Virus record (IMG/VR): IMGVR_UViG_3300032315_001715
Coordinates: 186,001 to 250,000 of that record
Reading direction: 5' to 3' (one strand)
Length of the DNA: 64,000 bases
Position 1 is the stretch's first letter. Every line of letters starts with the position of its first letter. Position numbers and translations under genes: made by a program. The notes under the pieces are model-generated. The model made no database searches. It saw nothing but the letters and a program-made list of their open reading frames with translations, and had not been told where the DNA came from. This document shows positions 1 to 9,195 of the stretch, in pieces.

Positions 1-1
1 T

Positions 2-382
2 GATCAAAATCAAATCATATGGACACCGGACTCTGAAACATACCCAACACCGACATTGCCTGCCGTTAGTGCCATTGTTGACCCACACACCAGCGGGCCA
101 AACATAAACCTACCAGAAGCCGCCATTGGCCAACGATATCTGTTAACCGAGGATGCATCAGAAAGCAGCGTTGCGTGGGGTGCAATGACCAGCAAGGCCA
201 ACGATATCGTGGAATTTAACGGATCAAACTGGCAAGTGTCGTGGAATGCCGGAGATAACGCCAGTGCATTGGAGTACGTGTTAAACACGAGATCCAATCG
301 AACATACAGATGGCTTAATGGTTATTGGACCACTGTCATCGAGCCAAAGTATCTGCAAGGGTACTGGAGGATCAGCATGTGA
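2..382 (+). CDS. 5'-truncated ORF; C-terminus of a probable tail-completion/neck (gp15-like) virion protein
   Basis: Frame is open from base 2 (DQNQIIWTPDSETYPTPTLPAVSAIVDP...). The IVDPHTSGP..LP.A..GQRYLL and ANDIVEFNGSNW segments resemble C-terminal extensions of jumbo-phage neck proteins (recalled similarity only). Confidence 0.5.
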   Translation, partial: DQNQIIWTPDSETYPTPTLPAVSAIVDPHTSGPNINLPEAAIGQRYLLTEDASESSVAWGAMTSKANDIVEFNGSNWQVSWNAGDNASALEYVLNTRSNRTYRWLNGYWTTVIEPKYLQGYWRISM

Positions 383-1140
383 TGCAGACATCCCTGTTTG
401 AAATCAAAGGATCAATAGATGCCGAGTCGTTCGGCGCGATCTTCACACCAAATATCAAAAAAGTCATTAGGGTGGTAAGAAAGTACGGATTTGATATTCG
501 CGTGATCGGAGGGGCCGTTAGGGACTTTCTTCGCGGCAAAATGCCAAGAGATGTGGATTTTGCGACCAATGCCGAGCCGGCTGAACTGATGTTCATTTTT
601 GATCTCGAGGGCATCGAACATGACGATTGGGGCATTGCACACGGTACCATCAAGGCTGTTTTTGGTGATGAGGTGATTGATGTGACGTCAATCACGTATA
701 AGCTGCGAATTTCCGGTGATCGTATCAAGATAGATCGCAAGGCATCCTGGGAAACTGATGCTGCACGCAGGGATCTAACCATCAACGCAATGAGCGTTGA
801 TATGTACGGTAATTTATATGATTATCGAAACGGCCAAAAGGATTTAGCCGAACAATTGGTTAAATTCAATCCCGATGCGCAGGACAAGATCGACCAGGAC
901 CCATATACCATATTGCGATGGTTCAAGGCACTGGATTTGTTTGACGATCCAAAGTGGTTGAAAAAAGACAAGATGATCATCATGTCAAATGCCAGCAAGG
1001 TTTCGCGGGTTAAAAAAGAAAAACGCACGAGCAAGCTGCTAGCGTCACTGAAGCAGTCCAAAAAATGGCCAAAAATTCTCAAGCTCATGTGCGATACCGG
1101 GGTTGCAAAACAACTTGATCTAACTTGCACCGATGAATAA
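382..1140 (+). CDS. CCA-adding/poly(A) polymerase (class II) family nucleotidyltransferase, short (252 aa), with a degenerate templating motif
   Basis: GGAVRD...DVD (motif A), HGT, and RRDLTINAM. Start placed at ATG 382 (TGATG overlap, GGAGG at 366-370) rather than 325. Confidence 0.85.
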   Translation: MQTSLFEIKGSIDAESFGAIFTPNIKKVIRVVRKYGFDIRVIGGAVRDFLRGKMPRDVDFATNAEPAELMFIFDLEGIEHDDWGIAHGTIKAVFGDEVIDVTSITYKLRISGDRIKIDRKASWETDAARRDLTINAMSVDMYGNLYDYRNGQKDLAEQLVKFNPDAQDKIDQDPYTILRWFKALDLFDDPKWLKKDKMIIMSNASKVSRVKKEKRTSKLLASLKQSKKWPKILKLMCDTGVAKQLDLTCTDE

Positions 1141-1153
1141 CAATTGATATACT
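1125..1153 (+). promoter_or_regulatory. sigma70-type promoter for the glycosylation cluster
   Basis: TTGCAC-N17-TATACT; the ATG at 1160 lies 6 nt after the -10 element. Confidence 0.6.
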
Positions 1154-1159
1154 TGGTCC

Positions 1160-2017
1160 ATGGCGGACCGCACACAGCAAGATCTCATCATTTCAGCATA
1201 TACCAACTATGATTGGTCAAAACTAAAGTATTGGGCAAACAGCATCGATCGATGCGGGTTTACCGGGGATAAGGTCATGATCGTTTATAACAGCGATCCG
1301 GCAACAGTGCAAAAATTAGTTGATCTTGGATTTAAGATCTGGGCCTTTAATCGAGATTCAACTACCGGTAATTTTTTCTGGCCAACCGAACTAATCATAG
1401 TGGTGCAGAGATTTTACCATATGTGGTATTATCTAAATCAGCTTCCAGACGACCATTATCGATATGTCATTACCACCGATGCCAAGGATGTAGTATTCCA
1501 AACCAATCCGGTAAAATGGCTGGAAAACAATCTAGGCAACAAGGACATCGTGGCTAGCTGCGAAAGCATTCGCTACATGCACGAACCATGGGGCGATGAC
1601 AACCTAAATGGTAGCTATCCCATGGTACACCAACAGATGAGAAAAAATCCAATCTGGAATTGCGGAGTACAAGCAGGCCGACAGCGTGCTATCAAGGAGC
1701 TATGGCTACATATATGGTTAATGTGCAAGGCTGGCGGTAGGCCAAATCCTGACCAAGCCGCATATAACGTTCTTCTGGATACCAAAGCATGGAGCGAAAT
1801 AACCAAGTTCTCGATGAGCGAGGATGGGTGGGCTTGCCAGGCAGGTACCACCGTTGATCCAAAAAAGATCAATGATTATCGGTCACATCTGCTGGAAGCA
1901 GAACCAGTTTGGCACGACGGGCTTGCCAAGACCAGCCAGAATCATACACATTCCATCCTGCATCAGTGGGATCGCATACCAACATGGCTTCCGGATATTG
2001 AAAAGAGATATGGATAG
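1160..2017 (+). CDS. Putative GT-A-fold glycosyltransferase
   Basis: YVITTDAKDVVFQTNP DxxD-type motif and NCGV..G motif; first gene of the sugar cluster. Confidence 0.65.
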   Translation: MADRTQQDLIISAYTNYDWSKLKYWANSIDRCGFTGDKVMIVYNSDPATVQKLVDLGFKIWAFNRDSTTGNFFWPTELIIVVQRFYHMWYYLNQLPDDHYRYVITTDAKDVVFQTNPVKWLENNLGNKDIVASCESIRYMHEPWGDDNLNGSYPMVHQQMRKNPIWNCGVQAGRQRAIKELWLHIWLMCKAGGRPNPDQAAYNVLLDTKAWSEITKFSMSEDGWACQAGTTVDPKKINDYRSHLLEAEPVWHDGLAKTSQNHTHSILHQWDRIPTWLPDIEKRYG

Positions 2018-2020
2018 AAA

Positions 2021-3004
2021 ATGGAAACAAATCTACAACAGCTACACCTTGAACAAGAAACTGCCATCAAGACTCCAATACCCATGCCACAATATTTGGC
2101 CGGTAAAAGCATCGTAACCAGTTGTTATCGATCGGAGATTCCTGGTGCTTACATTTTATTAAGCGAGCTGCATCGCCTTGATTTCAACATTCCAATAGAG
2201 GTGTTTTATCGAGAAGGTGAGCTTAATCAAGATGAGATCAGCGAAATGCAAAAGATATCTCCGGGGCAGATAGTCTTTAAAAAGCTGCAAAGCCCTGCAA
2301 TGAATTTTGTTGATAGATGGGGTAACGTCAAGGGATGGAGCACCAAGGTGCTGGCGATATTTGAAAGCCAGTATGAGGAAAATCTATGGATTGATTGTGA
2401 TAATGTTCCGATACGTAACTGCATGGATCTATTCAGTGACACTGAATACCTGCAGAAAGGCTCCATGTTTTGGCGAGACGTGTACAGCATTGATCGTGCT
2501 GATCAATATTGGAGCGGCAGCGACATGTGGAAGATTTTTGATGTAGTGCCTAACGACGGCGAGCCATTTGAAAGCGGACAATTTCTCATCAACAAACCCA
2601 AGGTCTGGTTGCAGTTTTCGTTGATGCACTATTATACCACACGCAACGAAATCTATTATCAGTTCGGCGGAGACGCTGAGTGCTGGCGAATGGCATGGCA
2701 GCGTGTGTCGATATCCCAAAACGGTTATCATTCGAAATTCAACTATCATTCGAGCGATCAAGTTCCATATGGGCTAATGCCGTATGGTCCTTTCCACAAG
2801 GGTGTGCAAAATCCGTGGCACAAATACGGTGGCGGCAGCGTAATGGTACAGAGAGATCGCAAGGGTGACGAGCTGTTTAATCACCGTAATCTAAACAAGT
2901 GGCGATGGAAGGAAGAAAATCCGTTTAACCACGATGTACAAAACGAATTTTCCTACCATGCTATCATGCGACACATCAAATCCAAGTACGGAGTTACCAA
3001 TTAA
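2021..3004 (+). CDS. Mannosyltransferase-like protein (GT71, Mnn1/Mnn2-like)
   Basis: KVLAIFESQYEENLWIDCDN, GSMFWRD, FESGQFLINK and GDAECWRMAW match the K..A...S.FEEVL.LDADN / G..FWPD / ESGQ..I.K / GDKE.F..A pattern. Confidence 0.75.
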   Translation: METNLQQLHLEQETAIKTPIPMPQYLAGKSIVTSCYRSEIPGAYILLSELHRLDFNIPIEVFYREGELNQDEISEMQKISPGQIVFKKLQSPAMNFVDRWGNVKGWSTKVLAIFESQYEENLWIDCDNVPIRNCMDLFSDTEYLQKGSMFWRDVYSIDRADQYWSGSDMWKIFDVVPNDGEPFESGQFLINKPKVWLQFSLMHYYTTRNEIYYQFGGDAECWRMAWQRVSISQNGYHSKFNYHSSDQVPYGLMPYGPFHKGVQNPWHKYGGGSVMVQRDRKGDELFNHRNLNKWRWKEENPFNHDVQNEFSYHAIMRHIKSKYGVTN

Positions 3005-4203
3005 TGGTAGAGATGCTAAGCCGGTTTGTTTATCAGGAAGACTGGAAGGTTTCATATGATCCCGACCGAGAACCGCAAAAGGTGAAGAGAACGCCGGTAC
3101 GACCTAGGCATCTATGGGTATTTGATTTCGAGGAAAACTACGACTGGGATACCATATGGAATGACGCCGTGCAGATCAACAACGACACTGTGCTGTTGAT
3201 TGGTCCGCCGTTGTATGAACATGCTAACTGGTTGCAAACCAATCACCCTCTGTACCTAAAGAGTACCAACCGCACATTACCAATGGAAATACGGGAGCTC
3301 GACCGTACCTGCGTCACCATGGTGAAGGTCCCAGGAATCGTTGACGAGCTGTTTGTGGCAGGTGATCACGGCGAGAAAACCATCAAGGTCAATCAACCAT
3401 CGTTTGATTTTGCCGGAAAAAAGGTCATCGTCACCATCAGCAGGGATCACCCCATCGAGTGGCTGAAGCAGTGGATAGATTATCATCGGATGGTGCACAA
3501 TATTGACGGATTGTTACTTTATAACAATCGCAGCAAGATCTATACCTCGGCAGAACTTGAAGCAGCTATCAGTAGATCCGACATGATGATCAAGGTCGTC
3601 GACTACGACGTACCGTTTGGTTGCATGGGCGGAGGAGATTGGGAATGGCAAGGTAGGAGAGGAACATCCCTGCCGTGGGATAGCGATTTCTCCCAGTATG
3701 TCATGCTGGAACATGCCAAATGGAGATACTTACACTGTGCCGATTTGGTGATTAACGCCGATACCGACGAACTACTATACATAAAACACACCACGCTCGA
3801 CGGCATGTCAGAATATTGCAAGACCAGCTCAAACAGCGTGTGGCTTTACAAGGGCACATGGATAGAACCGGTTGATAGCCTCACCGGTGTTGTTGCTAGT
3901 GATTTATCATTTGACGATCGCAGGTTTGATCGTTACTGGCAAACCAATAATGCCAATCAACGAGGCATTGGTATCAAATGGATGCTTAATCCGCAACGCA
4001 ACATGAGCTACCAATGGCATCTGCATAAAACATTTGGACCACACATGATGACCGATGAGATCGGATTTGGCCACTATCTGGCCATGAATACATCGTGGAG
4101 CTGGCCTCGAGATGGATACCAAGGTGACAAATCAACGCTGGTAGATCATGCGGAAATGAAATCCCATCTGCTGAGATGGAATCCTAAATTTGGAGAAATG
4201 TAA
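3004..4203 (+). CDS. GT92/GT2-like glycosyltransferase
   Basis: WLKQWIDYHRMVHNIDGLLLYNN and a DTDE motif. Confidence 0.65.
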   Translation: MVEMLSRFVYQEDWKVSYDPDREPQKVKRTPVRPRHLWVFDFEENYDWDTIWNDAVQINNDTVLLIGPPLYEHANWLQTNHPLYLKSTNRTLPMEIRELDRTCVTMVKVPGIVDELFVAGDHGEKTIKVNQPSFDFAGKKVIVTISRDHPIEWLKQWIDYHRMVHNIDGLLLYNNRSKIYTSAELEAAISRSDMMIKVVDYDVPFGCMGGGDWEWQGRRGTSLPWDSDFSQYVMLEHAKWRYLHCADLVINADTDELLYIKHTTLDGMSEYCKTSSNSVWLYKGTWIEPVDSLTGVVASDLSFDDRRFDRYWQTNNANQRGIGIKWMLNPQRNMSYQWHLHKTFGPHMMTDEIGFGHYLAMNTSWSWPRDGYQGDKSTLVDHAEMKSHLLRWNPKFGEM

Positions 4204-4856
4204 TGCGCGGAACACTGGTAACCATACACGACAACAACTATGCAAAGCTAGCCGACTTAACGTGGACTAGAAATCGAACACAATATGCGCTGAAACACGG
4301 TTACGATGCCATAGCCAAGACCAGTGGGTTCGATACCTCCATGTCAATCGGCTTTGCTAAGATCGCACTGCTGCTTGAGATCATGCACAAGGGGCAGCAC
4401 GATGTGCTCCACTGGAGTGGCACCGATACGCTGATTACTAATTTTCATATACCATTGTCAGAATTCCTATACGATGGATATCACGTAACCATTGCTACCG
4501 ATTTTAACGGTATCCAAAGCGATAGCTTTGTGATACGCAATACCATGGAAGGTCGGGCATGGTTACAAATGATCATGGATAAAATGCCAGAATATCGAAA
4601 TCATCCATTTCTAGAACAAGGAGTGATGATGGAAACCTATCAACAATATCAACACATCGTCAAGGTTGTTCCGCAGAGATTTTTGAATAGCTATCACTAT
4701 CCCCTTTACAAAAACAAGGGGGCACGCAATAATCATGATAAACTAGGATTTAGCGGACAATGGCATGTTGGTGATTTTTTGATCCATTCTCCGGATCAAC
4801 CCATGCACATACGCATGGACCTATTCAATCAAATACTACCAATGGTGGTTACATAA
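4203..4856 (+). CDS. GT34 (GMA12/MNN10-like) glycosyltransferase
   Basis: FAKIALL, W...DTLITN, DFNGIQSDSFVIRNT, EQ, and W..GDFLIH.P. The DxD motif reads GTD. Confidence 0.7.
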   Translation: MRGTLVTIHDNNYAKLADLTWTRNRTQYALKHGYDAIAKTSGFDTSMSIGFAKIALLLEIMHKGQHDVLHWSGTDTLITNFHIPLSEFLYDGYHVTIATDFNGIQSDSFVIRNTMEGRAWLQMIMDKMPEYRNHPFLEQGVMMETYQQYQHIVKVVPQRFLNSYHYPLYKNKGARNNHDKLGFSGQWHVGDFLIHSPDQPMHIRMDLFNQILPMVVT

Positions 4857-4864
4857 GGATCCTA

Positions 4865-6190
4865 ATGCCAGATATCAGCGCAATCCTCGGTCTCGTCCAG
4901 GAACACATTACTGACAAGCACGCAACAAAGAGCTGGATACCTGGCGTTGATACCGTGCAATATGCCGGACCGTATTTTGACCATCGAGAATATGTCGCAG
5001 CGGTTGAAAGCCTCCTCGGCGGCTGGTTGGTCTTGGGCAAGGATGCACAGAAATTCGAGCACCATTTTCCTAGGCAATTCGGCAAACTACATGGGGTCCT
5101 TACCAACAGCGGCAGTTCCAGCAATTTAATACAAACGAATGCCTTACGCAGCAAGAGGTTATGGAATCTCCCGCAGGGTACCAAGGTGTTGACCCCAATA
5201 GCTGGTTTTCCAACAACCGTTAATCCAATTTTGCAGGTCGGATTTGTACCGGTCTGGGTTGATATCGACCTCGACGGGCTAAATCTCAATCTTGATCATG
5301 TTGAGCAGATCCTCGAGGACGATCCGGAGATACGCGTCATCACCTTTGCGCATGTCCTTGGTAATCCGCCAAACATGGCTCGATTGATGGAACTGGTTCA
5401 AAAACACCAGCTGATACTGCTAGAGGATTGTTGCGACGCGCTTGGCAGCACCTATGATGGAAAACCTCTGGGTAGTTTTGGCGAGATGGCATCCTGTTCG
5501 TTTTACCCTGCACATCACATCACCGGAGGGGAAGGTGGGTTCGTCGCCACTAGAACAGCTGAGCAGGAACAGGTTGTACGGAGCTTCCGTGAGTGGGGTC
5601 GAGGCTGCTACTGCGTCGGACCGAAGGCCAATCTTCTTAAGAATGGTACCTGTGGTTGCCGATTCAAGGAATGGGTTCCGGCCATGCCTGGTGAGATTTT
5701 TGATCACAAATACGTTTATGACGAAATTGGTTATAACTTAAAGCCAATTGAGCTACAGGCCAGCATGTTGTTGGTACAAATGGACAAGCTAGCCGAGATC
5801 GGTGCATTGAGACGCAGAAATCATGCATTGTTGCTTGATATATTCAAGCCTTACGAGCAGTTCTTTCATCTCCCATATGCAACACCGGCAAGCGATCCAA
5901 GCTGGTTTGCGTTTGCTTTAACCATACGAAACGGTGCACCGTTTGATCGCAGGCGATTCGTTGATCATGTCGAAAGCGCTAAGATCCAAACAAGACCGTA
6001 CTTTGCTGGCAACATCATGTTGCAACCAGCATATGATCATCTCGTCGATCCAGTTGCAACCGCTGCAAGATATCCCACGGCTACCAAGGTCATGCGAGAC
6101 ACGTTCTTCCTCGGAACCAGCCCGGTTATCACCATTGAGCAGATCGCGTACATTGGTGAGGTAGTGCGTGGATTCATGGAGACGATCTGA
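4865..6190 (+). CDS. rfbH: NDP-4-keto-6-deoxyglucose 3-dehydrase (RfbH/DdhC, E1), DegT/DnrJ/EryC1/StrS fold
   Basis: TNSGSSSNL, LLEDCCDALGS, SFYPAHHITGGEGG (His in place of the Schiff-base Lys), Cys cluster CYC..TCGCRF, HKYVYDEIGYNLKP. Confidence 0.9.
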   Translation: MPDISAILGLVQEHITDKHATKSWIPGVDTVQYAGPYFDHREYVAAVESLLGGWLVLGKDAQKFEHHFPRQFGKLHGVLTNSGSSSNLIQTNALRSKRLWNLPQGTKVLTPIAGFPTTVNPILQVGFVPVWVDIDLDGLNLNLDHVEQILEDDPEIRVITFAHVLGNPPNMARLMELVQKHQLILLEDCCDALGSTYDGKPLGSFGEMASCSFYPAHHITGGEGGFVATRTAEQEQVVRSFREWGRGCYCVGPKANLLKNGTCGCRFKEWVPAMPGEIFDHKYVYDEIGYNLKPIELQASMLLVQMDKLAEIGALRRRNHALLLDIFKPYEQFFHLPYATPASDPSWFAFALTIRNGAPFDRRRFVDHVESAKIQTRPYFAGNIMLQPAYDHLVDPVATAARYPTATKVMRDTFFLGTSPVITIEQIAYIGEVVRGFMETI

Positions 6191-6816
6191 TGATCAGCAA
6201 ACAAGAGATGATGGATTTTGAGGAAGAAATCGGCTATAGATTCAACAATCGAGAGATACGAGCGCCAATACATCTTTCATCCGGTAACGAGGATCAAATC
6301 ATTAGGATCTTTGCGGAATGTGGCGTTGACATCAACAACGATTGGGTGTGTTGTACATGGCGCAACCATTATCAAGCACTACTCAAGGGGGTGCCAGTTG
6401 ATATTCTACGTGATCAGATCATCTCCGGTAAGAGCATGGTGCTGAATTTACCAGAATACAAGTTTGTTGCATCCAGCATTGTCGGCGGTATCCCTAGCAT
6501 TGCCGTTGGTCTAGCACTGGCAGCAAAGCTTAGGAAGAGCAGCGAGCGAGTATGGTGCTGGACCGGAGACATGAGTGCCGAGACCGGCGCATGGCACGAA
6601 GCATACAAATATTCCGTCAACCACGATTTACCGATTACGTTTGTCGTTGAGGACAACGGTCTCAGCGTTCTAACTCCGACCTCGGAGATATGGGGTCGCC
6701 GCGTGCCGTATTATGCCGCTGACCAGGACTGGTACCAGGATCGACACCTGATTTACTATCGATATACCAACAACAAATGGCCGCATGCCGGTGCCGGGGT
6801 AAGGGTGCAGTTCTAA
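6190..6816 (+). CDS. TPP-dependent enzyme, E1-alpha/transketolase N-terminal-like subunit
   Basis: HLSSGNE, WRNH, SSIVGG, GD..AETGAWHEA...EDN TPP-binding region. Confidence 0.85.
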   Translation: MISKQEMMDFEEEIGYRFNNREIRAPIHLSSGNEDQIIRIFAECGVDINNDWVCCTWRNHYQALLKGVPVDILRDQIISGKSMVLNLPEYKFVASSIVGGIPSIAVGLALAAKLRKSSERVWCWTGDMSAETGAWHEAYKYSVNHDLPITFVVEDNGLSVLTPTSEIWGRRVPYYAADQDWYQDRHLIYYRYTNNKWPHAGAGVRVQF

Positions 6817-7358
6817 TGAGCAATCAGCTATATAACCGTCGACTTCGAGAGGCAATGAATTGGCTCGCCATGCAATCAAATACGGTATTTCTAGGACAAG
6901 CGGTTAGCTATGCCGGCACCGGATGCTACGAAAGCTTGACCGAGATACCATCTGAGAAAAAGATAGAATTTCCTGTTGCTGAAAATTTCCAAATCGGCGT
7001 CAGCATTGGCTTAGCAATGAATGGATTGATTCCGATCAGCGTCGTACCTCGTTGGAATTTTTTGTTGTGTGCTGCTGACCAAATCGTCAATCATCTTGAC
7101 AAGATGTCGTTGCTCAGTGACGGAGGATACCAACCAAAGGTCATCATACGTGTTGCGGTTGGTTCCGAGCATCCCGTTGATCCGCAGGATCAACACAAGG
7201 GTAATTTTTCCCAGGCGTTTCGATTGATGTGCAAGACCGTGGACATAATCGAAGTAACCAATCCAGGATCCATACTATCAGCATATCAGCTGGCATACAA
7301 TCGCACCGACGGCCGCAGCACCATCGTGGTTGAGTTTCCCGATTACATGAAGGACTGA
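6816..7358 (+). CDS. TPP-dependent enzyme, E1-beta/pyrimidine-binding subunit (no C-terminal domain)
   Basis: VFLGQAV, IEFPVAE..Q.G.SIGLA..G, DQIVNH, QH. ATG 6816 overlaps the upstream TAA. Confidence 0.85.
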   Translation: MSNQLYNRRLREAMNWLAMQSNTVFLGQAVSYAGTGCYESLTEIPSEKKIEFPVAENFQIGVSIGLAMNGLIPISVVPRWNFLLCAADQIVNHLDKMSLLSDGGYQPKVIIRVAVGSEHPVDPQDQHKGNFSQAFRLMCKTVDIIEVTNPGSILSAYQLAYNRTDGRSTIVVEFPDYMKD

Positions 7359-7360
7359 AT

Positions 7361-7390
7361 TTGCAAGGCCGAGCCAACGACTGTTACTAT
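7361..7390 (+). promoter_or_regulatory. Internal sigma70-type promoter
   Basis: TTGCAA-N18-TACTAT with an extended -10 TG, in the only sizeable gap of the cluster. Confidence 0.45.
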
Positions 7391-7408
7391 TGATAATATT
7401 TGGAGAAA

Positions 7409-8248
7409 ATGGTGGACGATCCGGTGATATTAATGACAGGTGCTGCTGGCATCGTCGGACGAGTGCTGTCGAGAGAACTTGCGCATCGACGCATCATCGG
7501 AATTAACAGCATTGATGCCGATCTATCCGATACGGCACAATTCTCAAGCATCATGGATAGATATCAACCTGACGTTCTCCTGCACTGCGCTGCTAGGGGA
7601 GGACGCCAACCAGCCGGTATCTTTAATCAAGATGACCTGATAAACAATCTACAGATAGTTGAAAACATAAGGTATCACCGTGATCGATTTAAACAGATCA
7701 TCAATATATCCAGCGGTGCTGAGTATGGTCTAGAACGTGCAATCGTCGATGTTGAGGAAATTTGGTTAAATCGCAACATGTATCCCCTACCAACTGATAG
7801 CTACGGATTGTCAAAGAGAATTTCATGGCAGATTTTTGAAGATATGGAGAATGCGATTAATGTTCGCATATTTGGTTGCTTTGATCCAACCGAATCCGAT
7901 TCTAGACTGTTGAGAAGATTTGTCAATTGTAAGACCAAGAAACAGGGAAATTTCCAATTACGCCACGATCGTCCGTTCAGTTGGATATCCATGGTTGATC
8001 TAGCCACGGTCATTGACTCGATCGTTGAGAACGGCGCACCAAGCACCATTAACGTTGCATATCCAGAAACTGCGTCCATGCTGTTAAGTGACTTTCTCAA
8101 TCGATGGTGCAAAATACACGGTGTTCCGCCGGATTACGAGATCGTTGATGAGATTGGACTTTCGTACACATGCAACAGTGCTATCATGCAATCTCTCATC
8201 AACCGACCGTTAAGGGGACTGGATGCTTGCCTAAAGGATTACACATGA
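7409..8248 (+). CDS. NAD-dependent epimerase/reductase (extended SDR)
   Basis: TGAAGIVG, HCAA, SSGAEYG, YGLSK. RBS GGAGA precedes ATG 7409. Confidence 0.85.
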   Translation: MVDDPVILMTGAAGIVGRVLSRELAHRRIIGINSIDADLSDTAQFSSIMDRYQPDVLLHCAARGGRQPAGIFNQDDLINNLQIVENIRYHRDRFKQIINISSGAEYGLERAIVDVEEIWLNRNMYPLPTDSYGLSKRISWQIFEDMENAINVRIFGCFDPTESDSRLLRRFVNCKTKKQGNFQLRHDRPFSWISMVDLATVIDSIVENGAPSTINVAYPETASMLLSDFLNRWCKIHGVPPDYEIVDEIGLSYTCNSAIMQSLINRPLRGLDACLKDYT

Positions 8249-9195
8249 CCAAAAAGGTTGTTTACATAACCGGTTGCCTAGGATTTATCGGTAGCTACAT
8301 CACCAGGAGTTGCCTCGACCGAGGTTGGTACGTGATGGGCATTGACTATGAGACCTATGCGGCAAATACGGAATATCTACAGGAGTTTAGTGGTTACGAA
8401 AACTTCACGTATCAACATAAAAATATCAATGATCTCAATATGCTTTATGACTGTGATTACATCATTAATACCGCAGCAGAGACCCATGTAGATAACAGCA
8501 TCGTCAACAGCAACGAGTTCATCCGTAGCAACATCGACGGCGTGCATAATCTTCTCAGATTGATACAAACCAAAAGCAGATTTCAAATGCCAACGCTGGT
8601 ACACTTCAGCACCGACGAAGTCTATGGCGATCTTGTTAATGGCAGCCACACCGAAAAGGATCTAATGAGGCCGAGCAATCCGTATTCGGCGACCAAGGCC
8701 AGCGCCGATATGCTGGTGCTAGCTTGGCATAGAACATATGGAATACCATACATCATCGTCCGTCCGACCAATAACTACGGTACCGGGCAATATGTTGAAA
8801 AATTCATACCAAAGGCCTGCAAGAGCCTCATGTTGGGACGAAAGTTACCAATGCACGAAAACGGTACTCCTATTAGAACTTGGCTACATGCACAGGATAC
8901 CGCAGATGCGGTGATCTTCCTGATAGAAAGCGGTAAGACCAATGACATATACAACATCAGCGGAAACTATGAAGATACCAATCTAAACGTGTTTAAAAAA
9001 ATACTTTCGTCTCACGGTGTAGATCCTGATTCATACTTGAAGCACGTTGATTTTTCATTTACGAGGCCCGGGCAAGACGTGCGCTACAGCGTCGATGACA
9101 CAAAACTGAGAAGCATCGGTTGGACGAATTCTAGATCGTTTGATGATGAGATACCAGCAATCGTCGCATACTATCGGTCTCGATTCATATGGTAA
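8245..9195 (+). CDS. rfbB: dTDP-glucose 4,6-dehydratase
   Basis: TGCLGFIG, AAETHVDNSI, STDEVYG, PSNPYSATK, NNYG, RPGQDVRYSVD. ATGA overlap at 8245. Confidence 0.9.
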   Translation: MTKKVVYITGCLGFIGSYITRSCLDRGWYVMGIDYETYAANTEYLQEFSGYENFTYQHKNINDLNMLYDCDYIINTAAETHVDNSIVNSNEFIRSNIDGVHNLLRLIQTKSRFQMPTLVHFSTDEVYGDLVNGSHTEKDLMRPSNPYSATKASADMLVLAWHRTYGIPYIIVRPTNNYGTGQYVEKFIPKACKSLMLGRKLPMHENGTPIRTWLHAQDTADAVIFLIESGKTNDIYNISGNYEDTNLNVFKKILSSHGVDPDSYLKHVDFSFTRPGQDVRYSVDDTKLRSIGWTNSRSFDDEIPAIVAYYRSRFIW

